Positions 1-9,491 of a stretch of DNA of 64,000 nucleotides are shown here, in pieces (the first letter of the stretch is position 1; each line of letters starts with the position of its first letter). Position numbers and translations under genes: made by a program. The notes under the pieces are model-generated. The model had not been told where the DNA came from. It worked only from the letters and a program-made list of their open reading frames with translations, and made no database searches. This DNA comes from Staphylococcus phage Twort, in sequence record NC_007021.1; one strand, 5' to 3'.

Positions 1-2456
1 CTGATTTTACATGGGAAAATGGACAACAAGATATTGATGAGATACTTGCTATGTTAAAAGAATGGGTAGCTAGTAAAGAAGATATTAAAGTAGCACACAA
101 TGGGCAGTATGATATTAACTTTTTAATGTCCTCACAAAATTTCACAGAGTTTAATGAACATCAAGATACTAAAGTAGGTTGGTATTTAGCTGTTACACAA
201 GAAGAGGCGGAATCTTTAAAACTATCTGATATTTCTTATGAAGTTACTGATATGGGTGGGTATGACAAGCCTTTAGAAAATTTTAAAAAATGGTTTATCC
301 AAGATTTACTTAAGTATTTATCCGATGCTTTAAATGAAAGAAAGAAAGAGAATAAGAAACCTGTTAAAAAAGAGTATGATATAAAGGCTCCTGATTATGA
401 CTCATGGATTAAGGGTAAATTACAAGAACCTGTAGACTTAGATAATCATGATATAAAGCTAAAGGTGTCTGAAGAAGAAAAAGTATATACTGAGTTAGGA
501 TTAGTACCAGAAATTCTTAATAAAAATATATTCTTTGAAGACACATTTAAAGAGTTAGTATCTAAATATGATGTTTATATGAATTTATCTTCAGCGTCAA
601 AAGAATACGTGTTAGATACTGCTATTAATCTTATTAATAAATACAAGAACGTAAAAGATGTAATTAATGATGTAGATGGTAATAGCTTTAACTATGATTG
701 GATTCCATTAGAACTTATGCATCCCTATGCTAGTGGAGATACTGATGCTTGTAGACGTATATATTGTGATGTTATTAATAAATTAAAAGAGCAGAATAGA
801 CCTAAGGCTTTAGAATTATTAACTAAGAGTTACCCAAGACTAACAAGAACTCTAGCTAGAATACAATCTAATGGTATGTATACTGATACTGAATATTTAT
901 ATATGATAGATGATAAATATAGTAATGAATTAGATAAAATAGAACAAAAATTAAGAAGTCATTGGGTTATTAAGGAATTTGAAGATACAAGATATGATTT
1001 ATATATGGCAGGTGTAGAAGAATTTGAAAGTAATCCACCTAAAGAACGTAATAAATCTATAACTCAATATAGAGATAAATTTAAGAATGGTGGTTGGAAA
1101 TTTAAACCAAGTTCAGGGGCACATAAAGGAGAAGTATTATTTTCTATCTTAGGAATATCATTACCTTATGAAAAAGAATTTGTTAAGGATAAACCTTTTA
1201 CCAAAGGAGTAAAAGAGGATAAATTAACTTGGGAAGATTATAAAACAAATAAAAGCACTATTGACTATATTATTGATAATATAGAACTTAAAAAAGATTG
1301 TATAGATGTGGTTGTTCTTATGAAGAAGTATGCTGAATTACAAACAAAAAGAAACTCCTTCACTAAGAAACTTCCTAACCTGGTTAATAAAGAGACTAGT
1401 ACTTTACATGGCAATTTTAATAGTACTGGTACAGCATCGGCTAGGCTAAGTAGTAGTGCTCCTAATTTACAACAATTACCTTCTCACACATCAGATGTTA
1501 ATAAATTTGACTACCATTATCCTGTTAAACGTGCTTTTAAATCTAGATATAAGAATGGTATTATGACAGAGTTAGACTTTAGTGCTATTGAGATGAAAAT
1601 AATAGGACTATATACTAAAGACCCTGAAATGTTAGAATCATTTTTAAAAGGAGAAGATATTCATAAATCAACAGCAAGTATTGTTTATAACAAACCTGTA
1701 GAAGATATAACTGCTGAAGAAAGACAGAACACTAAGAAAGTAAACTTCGGCATCGCATATGGGGAAAGTCCGTTCTCTTTTTCTGGCAAAAATAATATGA
1801 CTGTAGAAGAGGCAGAAGAGATATTTAATAAATATTTTAATACTAAACCTTCCGTAAAAAATTCAATTGATGCTACGCATGATTTTGTACAGAAACATGG
1901 TTATGTAGAGGCTATGCAAGGACACCAACGTTTTATTAGAGATGCTCAAAGCAGTGATAAGAAAAAACGTAATCAAGCCCTTAGACAGTCATTCAATACA
2001 ATAATACAAAGTACAGCTGGGTACCTTACTAATATGGCTTTAACATTTATAGATGATTTTATACAACAAAACAATATAAAATCAAAAATAGTAGCAACAG
2101 TACACGATAGTATTTTAATTGATACCCACCCTGATGATATTTTTATTATTGGTAAAGTATCTAAGCATATTATGGAAAACTTACCATATGATTTTCTATT
2201 CATGAATCATAATGGAAGTAGCATAAGATACCCTATAGAGGCTGACTTTGAAATAGGTCTTGCGTATAATGATATGGTAGAGTATGATGAGGAAGATATG
2301 AAGACATTTAATAAAGTAGAAAACTACATTAAATATAAAATGTCCCTAAAAACTATTAAGGAATATTTCGAGTCAGGTAAACTTACTGAAGAGCAATACA
2401 AACAAAAAGTAAGTATTGTAGAATCAGAGAAATATAAATACCAACAAATGTCTTGA
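1..2456 (+). CDS. DNA polymerase, family A (Pol I-like); 5' end cut by the window edge
   Basis: The reading frame is open from the window start and in phase with ORF 51..2456. The translation has KKVNFGIAYGES (motif B, KxxxNFGxxYG) and VATVHDSILID (motif C), and the N-part resembles a 3'-5' exonuclease. Confidence 0.85.
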   Translation, partial: DFTWENGQQDIDEILAMLKEWVASKEDIKVAHNGQYDINFLMSSQNFTEFNEHQDTKVGWYLAVTQEEAESLKLSDISYEVTDMGGYDKPLENFKKWFIQDLLKYLSDALNERKKENKKPVKKEYDIKAPDYDSWIKGKLQEPVDLDNHDIKLKVSEEEKVYTELGLVPEILNKNIFFEDTFKELVSKYDVYMNLSSASKEYVLDTAINLINKYKNVKDVINDVDGNSFNYDWIPLELMHPYASGDTDACRRIYCDVINKLKEQNRPKALELLTKSYPRLTRTLARIQSNGMYTDTEYLYMIDDKYSNELDKIEQKLRSHWVIKEFEDTRYDLYMAGVEEFESNPPKERNKSITQYRDKFKNGGWKFKPSSGAHKGEVLFSILGISLPYEKEFVKDKPFTKGVKEDKLTWEDYKTNKSTIDYIIDNIELKKDCIDVVVLMKKYAELQTKRNSFTKKLPNLVNKETSTLHGNFNSTGTASARLSSSAPNLQQLPSHTSDVNKFDYHYPVKRAFKSRYKNGIMTELDFSAIEMKIIGLYTKDPEMLESFLKGEDIHKSTASIVYNKPVEDITAEERQNTKKVNFGIAYGESPFSFSGKNNMTVEEAEEIFNKYFNTKPSVKNSIDATHDFVQKHGYVEAMQGHQRFIRDAQSSDKKKRNQALRQSFNTIIQSTAGYLTNMALTFIDDFIQQNNIKSKIVATVHDSILIDTHPDDIFIIGKVSKHIMENLPYDFLFMNHNGSSIRYPIEADFEIGLAYNDMVEYDEEDMKTFNKVENYIKYKMSLKTIKEYFESGKLTEEQYKQKVSIVESEKYKYQQMS

Positions 2457-2505
2457 CAATACAGATAATCTATGTTAGACTATATGAAGTAAAGGAGGTA
2501 TGTAT

Positions 2506-2709
2506 ATGAGGTTTAAGAAATATAGGAAGAAAGATGCTATTGAACTCATTAAAAGCGGTAAAGTACATATTATGTATAACTACCATACGAAAGAACCTAT
2601 TACATTATTTGAATGCGTATTTAGACCTACCTTTCTAAAAGATAAATCTTTATGGGTAGTAAAAAAGGAAAATACGAAATGGGGTAGAAAGAAATGGAAA
2701 TTCAAGTAG
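2506..2709 (+). CDS. hypothetical small basic protein
   Basis: ORF track 2500..2709. The AGGAGG at 2493-2498 favours the second ATG at 2506. Confidence 0.5.
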   Translation: MRFKKYRKKDAIELIKSGKVHIMYNYHTKEPITLFECVFRPTFLKDKSLWVVKKENTKWGRKKWKFK

Positions 2710-3176
2710 ATAGTTTAGATTTTGACACGATTAAAATTAAAGACAAGAATAATAATGAAACAATTCTTTCTATCCGAGAGGAACTTAAAATAGATGAGGT
2801 TAATTTAAATGAGTCTTTTATGACTCAATCTAGTAAGTTTGCTTATTGGGCCAACTTACTAGAAATTGTTCGTAGGTATAGTGAGGCTGAAGAACGGAAG
2901 CTAGAGACAATCGGAGCACAACTTAATCTATCTATTCGTGAATGGTATAAACAAAATAAAGAAAAGCCTACTAAAGATATGATTGAAGCTAGAATTATGA
3001 TAGACAAGAACTACCAAGAACAGTTAAAAGTAGTAGAAGAATGGAATTACAAAACAAAACAGTTACAATACGTAGTAAAAGCTTTTGAGCAACGTGTAAA
3101 CGCACTAACACATTTAGGTGCTGAACAAAGACTAACAAACAAGAATAAGGTTATTACAAACCCATATTCTCACTAA
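2694..3176 (+). CDS. hypothetical protein (coiled-coil rich)
   Basis: 160-aa ORF that overlaps its upstream neighbour, as in an operon. Confidence 0.6.
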   Translation: MEIQVDSLDFDTIKIKDKNNNETILSIREELKIDEVNLNESFMTQSSKFAYWANLLEIVRRYSEAEERKLETIGAQLNLSIREWYKQNKEKPTKDMIEARIMIDKNYQEQLKVVEEWNYKTKQLQYVVKAFEQRVNALTHLGAEQRLTNKNKVITNPYSH

Positions 3177-3184
3177 AAAAAGTA

Positions 3185-3213
3185 TTGACAAAGTATATAA
3201 ATTATGTTACAAT
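3185..3213 (+). promoter_or_regulatory. sigma-70-type promoter (TTGACA, 17-nt spacer, TACAAT)
   Basis: TTGACA at 3185-3190 and TACAAT at 3208-3213, upstream of RBS AAGGAGAG and the ATG at 3248. Confidence 0.6.
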
Positions 3214-3247
3214 ATAAAAGAATTTAAATTTAAGGAGAGATATTTTT

Positions 3248-4342
3248 ATGTCATTTGCAGATTTTTTAAGTCAAGAACAAAAGAAACAAGAAGGTTTTAA
3301 TAACGATAATGTAGAACGTTACACACCTAAACAACCAGTATTACGTTTAGGTAAGCAAAAAGATGGTTCACAGAAAGAACAAGTATTAGTACGTATCTTA
3401 CCTGCAACAGATGGTGGGTTTGCTTTTGCTAAAGCATTTCGTACTACTTTCATTAACTATACTAAAAAGAACGGGGAGCAAACAGGTTCTGGATTAACAC
3501 TACCTGCTGATAATGGTTCATCAGTGTTAGACCCATTCATTACGGATTGGATTTCTAAAAAAGTACAATTTAGCCGTTTCCCTAATAAACCCTCATTACG
3601 TTACTTTATTCATGTTATTGAGTACGTAAATAATGGCGGTCAATTACAACCAATGAAGGATGACCAAGGTAATTTAAAAGTTCAACCTATGGAAATTTCA
3701 GGTACAGCCTATACAAATATTATTAATGCTTTAGGTGACCCTATGTTAGCACCTAAGACAGAGACAGATTTACGATTCATTGCACCTGATAATGCATTTA
3801 TTGTAAATATTCGTAAAGCTAAAAAAGGTGAGATGCAATGGGGTGTTACGGTATATCCTACAGTAGAATTAGGAGCTTTACCTAATAACTGGAAAGAATT
3901 AACAAGTGATTTAGATAAACTAGCTACACCTACAGAAGAACAAAACCCTAAATTTGTTAACTTCTTAATTAATAATGTAAACAATACTGAATTATCTACA
4001 GATAATTTCAAGTTTAATCGTGAAACAAATACTTTAGGTGAAGAACCTACACCTAAGCAAGAATCACCTTCAGAACAAGATATTTCTAATATGATGCCAG
4101 ACAATTTAACACAGCAACAGCCTACACAGAACAATCAACCGTACCAACCAACAGATAATCCTTTTGATGTAGGTGATTTATCAGAACCTGAACCATATGA
4201 AATGCCACAACAACCAACACAACAGAAACAAGAGCAAACTAAACAACAAGAACAACCAAAACAAGCACCTACTCAACAAAATAACCAAAGTATGCCACAA
4301 GATATTAATTCTATTTTAGGTGACTTAGATATTGACATTTAA
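3248..4342 (+). CDS. hypothetical protein with a Q/P/T-rich low-complexity C-terminal third and an acidic tail (DLDIDI); SSB-like is possible but unproven
   Basis: 364-aa ORF with a strong RBS. The C-terminal QQPTQ repeats end in an acidic tail. Confidence 0.65.
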   Translation: MSFADFLSQEQKKQEGFNNDNVERYTPKQPVLRLGKQKDGSQKEQVLVRILPATDGGFAFAKAFRTTFINYTKKNGEQTGSGLTLPADNGSSVLDPFITDWISKKVQFSRFPNKPSLRYFIHVIEYVNNGGQLQPMKDDQGNLKVQPMEISGTAYTNIINALGDPMLAPKTETDLRFIAPDNAFIVNIRKAKKGEMQWGVTVYPTVELGALPNNWKELTSDLDKLATPTEEQNPKFVNFLINNVNNTELSTDNFKFNRETNTLGEEPTPKQESPSEQDISNMMPDNLTQQQPTQNNQPYQPTDNPFDVGDLSEPEPYEMPQQPTQQKQEQTKQQEQPKQAPTQQNNQSMPQDINSILGDLDIDI

Positions 4343-4345
4343 TTA

Positions 4346-4369
4346 AAAGGGCTTTAAAGCCCTTTTATT
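4346..4369. terminator. palindromic hairpin terminator AAAGGGCTTTAAAGCCCTTT followed by a T-rich run
   Basis: Perfect 20-nt palindrome directly after the stop of ORF 3248..4342. Confidence 0.7.
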
Positions 4370-4484
4370 ATACATATATGAGGGGAGTACTTATATTAAT
4401 TTTGACCAACTGAACCCGTACTTTCAAAATAGACTACATCAAAAGTTAATCTTACCAAATGATAAAGAGGTACTATTAAGTCAT

Positions 4485-4730
4485 GTGTTAACACATAGAA
4501 ACTCTGTGAGTCTTTGGTTTACTTACAAGTTAAATAAAGTGAATATTGAGATTGACTATTCACTTCGTAGCGATGCTATATTACACGTACCTGAAATATG
4601 TCTAGGTAATCGAATACTGACTAAGCATATGAAATTCAACAAAATTAGTAGTTTACTACATCATATAGAGTACTCATTAGAGAATTGGGTTGAAGATATA
4701 GACTCTAATGATGTTTTAGAATGGATATAA
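4485..4730 (+). CDS. hypothetical protein (81 aa)
   Basis: ORF only; no clear RBS. Confidence 0.35.
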   Translation: MLTHRNSVSLWFTYKLNKVNIEIDYSLRSDAILHVPEICLGNRILTKHMKFNKISSLLHHIEYSLENWVEDIDSNDVLEWI

Positions 4731-5968
4731 AAGGAGAGATTTTCTTGGCTAGAGCTAAAAAAGGACAGGAAGTAGATTTATCACAATTAAATACAATTGA
4801 TTTAGGGAAAGAAATGGGATTAACATTACTTTCTGATACGAATAAAGCTGATATTAAAAACATTTTACCTACTATGGTTCCACAGTATGATAGAATCTTA
4901 GGAGGAGGTATTCCACTAGGACGACTTACCGAGGTTTACGGTTTAAATGCGAGCGGTAAATCGACATTTGCTGTTCATTTATCACGTATCACCACTCAGC
5001 TAGGTGTCATTACAGTATGGATTGATATTGAAGGTACTGCTGACAATAGACGAATGGAGCAGTTAGGTGTAGATGTATCTAAATTATTCTCTATTCAAGC
5101 AGGTGAAGGCAGACTTAAAAATACGGTAGAATTATCTATTGAAACTGTAGGTAAGGAGTTAGAATACTGGATTGATACTTTTAATGAGAAATTACCAGGT
5201 GTACCTATTCTATTTATTTGGGATTCTTTAGGAGGTACACGTACCGATGAAGAAATTAAAGGTGGTATTGATACTAAGAAACTAGGTATTAGAGCTTCTA
5301 GCGCACAAAAAGTTATTAACGCTATTACTCCTAAGTTAAATGAAACAAATACAGGTGTGTTAATTATTAACCAAGCACGAGATAACTTAAATATGAGTAA
5401 CCCTTACGATGACCCTATTAAGTCTACAGGTGGTAGGGCGTTTGAACATGCGGCTAGTTTACGTATTAAGGTAAATAAAGGGGCGCAAATCAAACAAGCA
5501 AAAGCCAGTGGTAAAGATGAATACTCAGGTCATATTATGCGTATTGAAACTAAAAAATCTAAACTATCAAGACCAAACCAAAAGGCTGAAGCTCACCTGC
5601 TATCCGAGTGGGAGTTATCTGACGGTACATTACTGAATGGATTAGACCTACATAATGTTGTGTATCAAGAGGCTGTAGAAAAAGGTTTAATCACTAAAGG
5701 CGCTTGGAGAAATTATATTACTTTAAATGGTGAAGAGATTAAGTTACGAGATGCTGAATGGGTACCTAGATTAAAAGAAGATTATGAGCTTTATTTAGAA
5801 CTATTTAAACGTACTTATGTGGAGAACTTCCCTAATGGATACTCCCCGCTAGAAAATAAGACGGTAGATGTTACACAATTAGATGAATACCAAGCATTAG
5901 AGGATTACTACACAGCATTAAAGGAATCTGATAATGAGCAAGCAGTAGAGGAAGATGATAATGAATAA
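4721..5968 (+). CDS. RecA/UvsX-like recombinase (P-loop ATPase)
   Basis: Walker A GLNASGKST, and the overall size and architecture of a RecA-like protein. The true start may be the in-frame TTG at 4745, which follows RBS AAGGAGAG. Confidence 0.8.
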   Translation: MDIKGEIFLARAKKGQEVDLSQLNTIDLGKEMGLTLLSDTNKADIKNILPTMVPQYDRILGGGIPLGRLTEVYGLNASGKSTFAVHLSRITTQLGVITVWIDIEGTADNRRMEQLGVDVSKLFSIQAGEGRLKNTVELSIETVGKELEYWIDTFNEKLPGVPILFIWDSLGGTRTDEEIKGGIDTKKLGIRASSAQKVINAITPKLNETNTGVLIINQARDNLNMSNPYDDPIKSTGGRAFEHAASLRIKVNKGAQIKQAKASGKDEYSGHIMRIETKKSKLSRPNQKAEAHLLSEWELSDGTLLNGLDLHNVVYQEAVEKGLITKGAWRNYITLNGEEIKLRDAEWVPRLKEDYELYLELFKRTYVENFPNGYSPLENKTVDVTQLDEYQALEDYYTALKESDNEQAVEEDDNE

Positions 5969-6308
5969 CTTAATTGATGACAATATTAAAAAGGTTAAAA
6001 GGGCGTTAGTTGATACTAACTCCCTTGATATTGTACCTGAACCTTATCTTGCTATTGCTAGTAAGTTTAAGAAAGTAAGAGAAAAAGGTGAATCCGTTAT
6101 TCTTGAAGAAGCAGGATTTCCTCATACTAATTCTACTATTATGTATATTGATTATGTTTCTGACAGATGGGTTTTAGGTTACTCATATACAAAATCTGAA
6201 AGAGAAACTGTAAAAATACCTAGAACTATTCATTATTCTGACATTTATGTAACAGACAAATCACATAAAGTAAATGTAATTTTTGAAGGGGAGAATCCTT
6301 ATGAATAG
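5955..6308 (+). CDS. hypothetical protein
   Basis: 117-aa ORF with GAGGAAG upstream; the ATG at 5961 is an equally plausible start. Confidence 0.55.
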   Translation: MIMNNLIDDNIKKVKRALVDTNSLDIVPEPYLAIASKFKKVREKGESVILEEAGFPHTNSTIMYIDYVSDRWVLGYSYTKSERETVKIPRTIHYSDIYVTDKSHKVNVIFEGENPYE

Positions 6309-6936
6309 ATACGTAGTAGACCCTTCAATGAACGATTTAGAAAGGGATGTAGATACCTTACTTTATAAGTATAAAAACTTAAGGTGGTCACTCTACCATA
6401 GATATGCAGGTGTATTATCTAATGAATCAGAACGCCAAGAGTTACAAGAGTATATAGATGAGCAATTTATTAAACTTGTTAAAGAGTATAATATTAGAAG
6501 TGGTGTAGATTTTCCTGGCTATATTAAATCAAAACTTACATTAAGAGTTAGAAACAGTTATGTAAAGAAGAATAAGAAATATAAAAAAACAGAACTTCTA
6601 GGTAATAAAGATAATACTGTTGAAATGTTATCAGAACAGTTAGTTAGTGGTGTTAATGAGTCTGATGTAATTAGTTATGTGTTTGAAGGTGTAGAATTTA
6701 ACGACATTCAAAAACTATTACTCTATTACTTATTAGATGATGGGTATCATGAAGACTCTGCTATTATTAGACTTGTATCGGAGGAACTAGCAGTACAACG
6801 AAAAGAGGTATCTAAAGAGCTAGAAGAACTTAGAACTTATATTAAGTTTAAAATTGATGCTTATCATGAGAACTTTACTAAAAATTTAATGGAGCATGGC
6901 AAGGTAAATACAGAAAATACAACATGGGAGCTGTAA
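6301..6936 (+). CDS. putative sigma-factor-like transcription protein (by position and size; weak sequence support)
   Basis: The ORF track starts at the TTG at 6283. The ATG at 6301 follows GGGGAG with a 7-nt spacing. Twort-like phages carry a sigma-like gene right after the recA-like gene. Confidence 0.5.
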   Translation: MNRYVVDPSMNDLERDVDTLLYKYKNLRWSLYHRYAGVLSNESERQELQEYIDEQFIKLVKEYNIRSGVDFPGYIKSKLTLRVRNSYVKKNKKYKKTELLGNKDNTVEMLSEQLVSGVNESDVISYVFEGVEFNDIQKLLLYYLLDDGYHEDSAIIRLVSEELAVQRKEVSKELEELRTYIKFKIDAYHENFTKNLMEHGKVNTENTTWEL

Positions 6937-6961
6937 AAGGGTACTTTAAGTACCCTTTTTG
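6936..6961 (+). terminator. rho-independent terminator
   Basis: AAAGGGTAC-tttaa-GTACCCTTT followed by TTTTT, directly after the stop at 6934-6936. Confidence 0.75.
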
Positions 6962-7006
6962 TTATATTAAAATTGAATTTATAAAGAAGAAAAAGGAGCT
7001 TAAATT

Positions 7007-7645
7007 ATGGCTAAAAAGAATGTAAACGAGCTACTTAAGCAAGAAAAAGTAGAAGTAGCAAATAAATATTTACAAGTAGTAACACATAGAGATGGCTACA
7101 CACGCACACATGAAGGTCAATACTCATACAAAGTAGTTGACAAGTCTGGGGAACTATTTATTTTTCCTGTACAAACAGATGGGTATGGTAAATTACAAGT
7201 GATGGTAGATTCTCCTATCGCATACACGAACGGGAATAACATTCACTTTGTAGTAAATACATTAACAGACCCATATACGCAAGCGTTTATTCGTACAGAA
7301 GAAATCAAAGGTTTAGATAAAGGTAAACAACTTATTCAAGCCTTCTTAGCTTTCATTGAAGACCGTTTCCGTTTTGGTGTTTATAATGTATTTGTTGTTG
7401 GTAAGGAGGATGCTAAAACTGTAGCTGATGTTGCAGGTACAGATGCAGTTAAAGTAGAGGAAGTTAAAGGTCGTGCTTTTGAAGACCTAGTAGTTAACTA
7501 CCCAACAGGCAATGCTCGTGAAGATGTACGTCATGCAGACCAAAGTGAAGGTATGGGTGATACATCAGAGCCTTCAGCACCTGAAAGTCCTACTAATGTA
7601 CAGGTATCACCTGGTGAAACTTCAGCAGATATTTCAGCACAATAA
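7007..7645 (+). CDS. hypothetical protein whose C-terminal tail is PTNVQVSPGETSADIS
   Basis: 212-aa ORF with a strong RBS (AAAGGAGC). The last 16 aa are shared with the next gene. Confidence 0.7.
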   Translation: MAKKNVNELLKQEKVEVANKYLQVVTHRDGYTRTHEGQYSYKVVDKSGELFIFPVQTDGYGKLQVMVDSPIAYTNGNNIHFVVNTLTDPYTQAFIRTEEIKGLDKGKQLIQAFLAFIEDRFRFGVYNVFVVGKEDAKTVADVAGTDAVKVEEVKGRAFEDLVVNYPTGNAREDVRHADQSEGMGDTSEPSAPESPTNVQVSPGETSADISAQ

Positions 7646-7668
7646 AATAATATAAAGGAGTAATACAA

Positions 7669-8187
7669 TTGGCAACTAAATTTAATCTTTACAAAGATGA
7701 GAAACTTGTTAAAAGTGTAGACAAAGAAGAAATTGGTACAACAGCTATTACAATTGACTCTTTAGAGGCTGACACGGATTACCCTGAAGGTACTTACACT
7801 GTATCTTTCTCTAATGAGTCTGGGGAATCTCAAAAAGTTAATGTTCCTCAATTTAAAACTAAAGCTATTGGACTTATATCTATTACATTAGATGTAGATA
7901 CTTTAGACTTAACAGTTAAAGAAACACATCAATTAAATGTTACTTTTGAACCTAGCACAGCGTCTAATCAGAATGTAAAATATGAATCAGATAGTGAACA
8001 TGCAACAGTTACACCAGAAGGGTTAGTAGAAGCAGTATCCGTTGGTTCTGCAAACATCACTGTAACTTCTGAGGATGGCTCACATACAGATGTAGTAGCT
8101 GTAACAGTAAAAGAACCAATTCCTTCAGAACCTACTAATGTACAGGTATCACCTGGTGAAACTTCAGCAGATATTTCAGTAGAATAG
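7669..8187 (+). CDS. Big_2 (bacterial Ig-like) domain protein
   Basis: TTG start 8 nt after AAGGAG. Big_2-like motif ANITVTSEDGSHTDVVAVTV, and the same C-terminal tail as the previous ORF. Confidence 0.7.
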   Translation: MATKFNLYKDEKLVKSVDKEEIGTTAITIDSLEADTDYPEGTYTVSFSNESGESQKVNVPQFKTKAIGLISITLDVDTLDLTVKETHQLNVTFEPSTASNQNVKYESDSEHATVTPEGLVEAVSVGSANITVTSEDGSHTDVVAVTVKEPIPSEPTNVQVSPGETSADISVE

Positions 8188-8198
8188 GAGAGTAAATA

Positions 8199-8414
8199 AT
8201 GTCTAAAACGTTAAAAGTATATAAAAAAGAAACTGGTGAGGTAGTAGGACAAAAAGAAGTAACTACAAGTACTACTAAAATCACAATTACAGGTCTTGAG
8301 AAAGGTACTACATATAATACAGGAACTTTCCAAGTTTCTTACACAAATGAGTCTGGAGAATCTCAAAAAGTAGATGTTCCAGAATTTACTACAATCAATT
8401 CAGATATTGTATAA
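8199..8414 (+). CDS. small Ig-like domain protein
   Basis: 71 aa. Shares VS(F/Y)(S/T)NESGESQKV(N/D)VP(Q/E)F(K/T)T with ORF 7669 and with the N-terminus of the 1380-aa protein. Confidence 0.6.
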   Translation: MSKTLKVYKKETGEVVGQKEVTTSTTKITITGLEKGTTYNTGTFQVSYTNESGESQKVDVPEFTTINSDIV

Positions 8415-8421
8415 GATATTT

Positions 8422-8453
8422 AGACTAGGATTAAATTCCTAGTCTTTTTTTTT
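8422..8453 (+). terminator. rho-independent terminator
   Basis: AGACTAGGA-ttaaat-TCCTAGTCT followed by T9. Confidence 0.8.
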
Positions 8454-8454
8454 A

Positions 8455-8483
8455 TTGACATTATTTTAACTATATGTTATGAT
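8455..8483 (+). promoter_or_regulatory. sigma-70-type promoter (TTGACA-17-TATGAT)
   Basis: Consensus -35, 17-nt spacer, and a -10 at 8478-8483. Confidence 0.6.
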
Positions 8484-8514
8484 TACTAATGAAATTAAGA
8501 AAGGAGAGGTTTTT

Positions 8515-8757
8515 GTGGAACCTATTTTATTAAGAAGTGCGTATGATTACTTAAAAGTTAAGTACGCAATGGAAAATAAAGAAAAGTATGTTGCAGTAGC
8601 GTTCGATGATATTTCTGTAGAGTCGTTAAATGTTATGAGTATGATGAATGTTATTCAAGACTACTTACACATTTACGGTTATAAGGTATCGGAGTATGGT
8701 AAAATGAATGCGGATGAGGATGTTAAAGGTTACTTATACGAAAGGATTGAAGATTAA
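8515..8757 (+). CDS. hypothetical protein
   Basis: The ORF track starts at 8479, but that ATG lies inside the -10 box. The in-frame GTG at 8515 follows RBS GGAGAGG by 5 nt. Confidence 0.55.
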   Translation: MEPILLRSAYDYLKVKYAMENKEKYVAVAFDDISVESLNVMSMMNVIQDYLHIYGYKVSEYGKMNADEDVKGYLYERIED

Positions 8758-9491
8758 TGCTTATTATTTACAATAAGAACCATATACAATCAAAAGAAGT
8801 TCACAAGCATTTAGGATATAGTGTAAATGAGAATGTTTGTGCTGTAGTAAATAACCAAGATGCTATTAAAGTAGTTAAAGAGTCACAAGATACTGATATT
8901 ATGTTAGTAGGGTTTATTTACACAAAAGACCTTGAGTGTTTAGTAGAATTAGGTAAAACTATCTATTGGGTATCTAACATAGGTACTATACCTAGCTTAT
9001 TTAAACACGTGGATAATAGTAAAATAAAATCTTTATTAGAGCAAGCAGTAGAACTTCTACCAGAAGAATACGGTGTTTTTGAGTACACTAAAGAATCTAT
9101 GAAGAAAGCTACTGACTACTATAACTTTAAAAACGATGACTACTTAGAAGAAGTAGACATTGACAAAGACCTTATTGACATGTTAGCTAAAAAATGCTAT
9201 ACTAATGGAGACTTACACTTTCTGTATGAATTAGACCCTAAACTTAGATTACCTATTGCATATAGTATTACAAGGGGTAAAGATAAAGCTATTGTAGTTA
9301 TAGGGTCACAAACAGCTAGTGATAATGATATGCTTTCTTTCTATGTAAAAGGATATGATGTAAGTAAACTAGCAAATACATTTAATGCAGAATATGAAGT
9401 TGGTAATAACACCTTTACTACCTTTATTCCTAGTCATATTAATGTAGTAGGTAAAAGTATAAAAAAGTATATGGAGGATTCCGATGTATAA
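8757..9491 (+). CDS. hypothetical protein
   Basis: 244-aa ORF with start/stop overlaps to its neighbours. Confidence 0.65.
   Translation: MLIIYNKNHIQSKEVHKHLGYSVNENVCAVVNNQDAIKVVKESQDTDIMLVGFIYTKDLECLVELGKTIYWVSNIGTIPSLFKHVDNSKIKSLLEQAVELLPEEYGVFEYTKESMKKATDYYNFKNDDYLEEVDIDKDLIDMLAKKCYTNGDLHFLYELDPKLRLPIAYSITRGKDKAIVVIGSQTASDNDMLSFYVKGYDVSKLANTFNAEYEVGNNTFTTFIPSHINVVGKSIKKYMEDSDV

Noticed and set aside
1973-4134. Antisense ORFs 1973..2203(-) and 3709..4134(-), and similar shadow ORFs (10053..10295, 11323..11535, 12339..12572, 14379..14594, 21138..21365, 21476..21718, 29449..29805, 35833..36021, 36127..36315, 38151..38342, 40383..40745, 41171..41359, 42249..42431, 42586..42792, 43772..43972, 44328..44510, 45844..46218, 48487..48711, 50010..50198, 50438..50641, 52037..52222, 54635..54865, 56640..56891, 57225..57407, 59221..59466, 59970..60158, 62339..62581)
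   Set aside because: Each lies on the opposite strand, wholly inside a longer well-supported gene, and most have Cys/Leu/Ser-rich low-complexity translations. They are treated as non-coding shadows.
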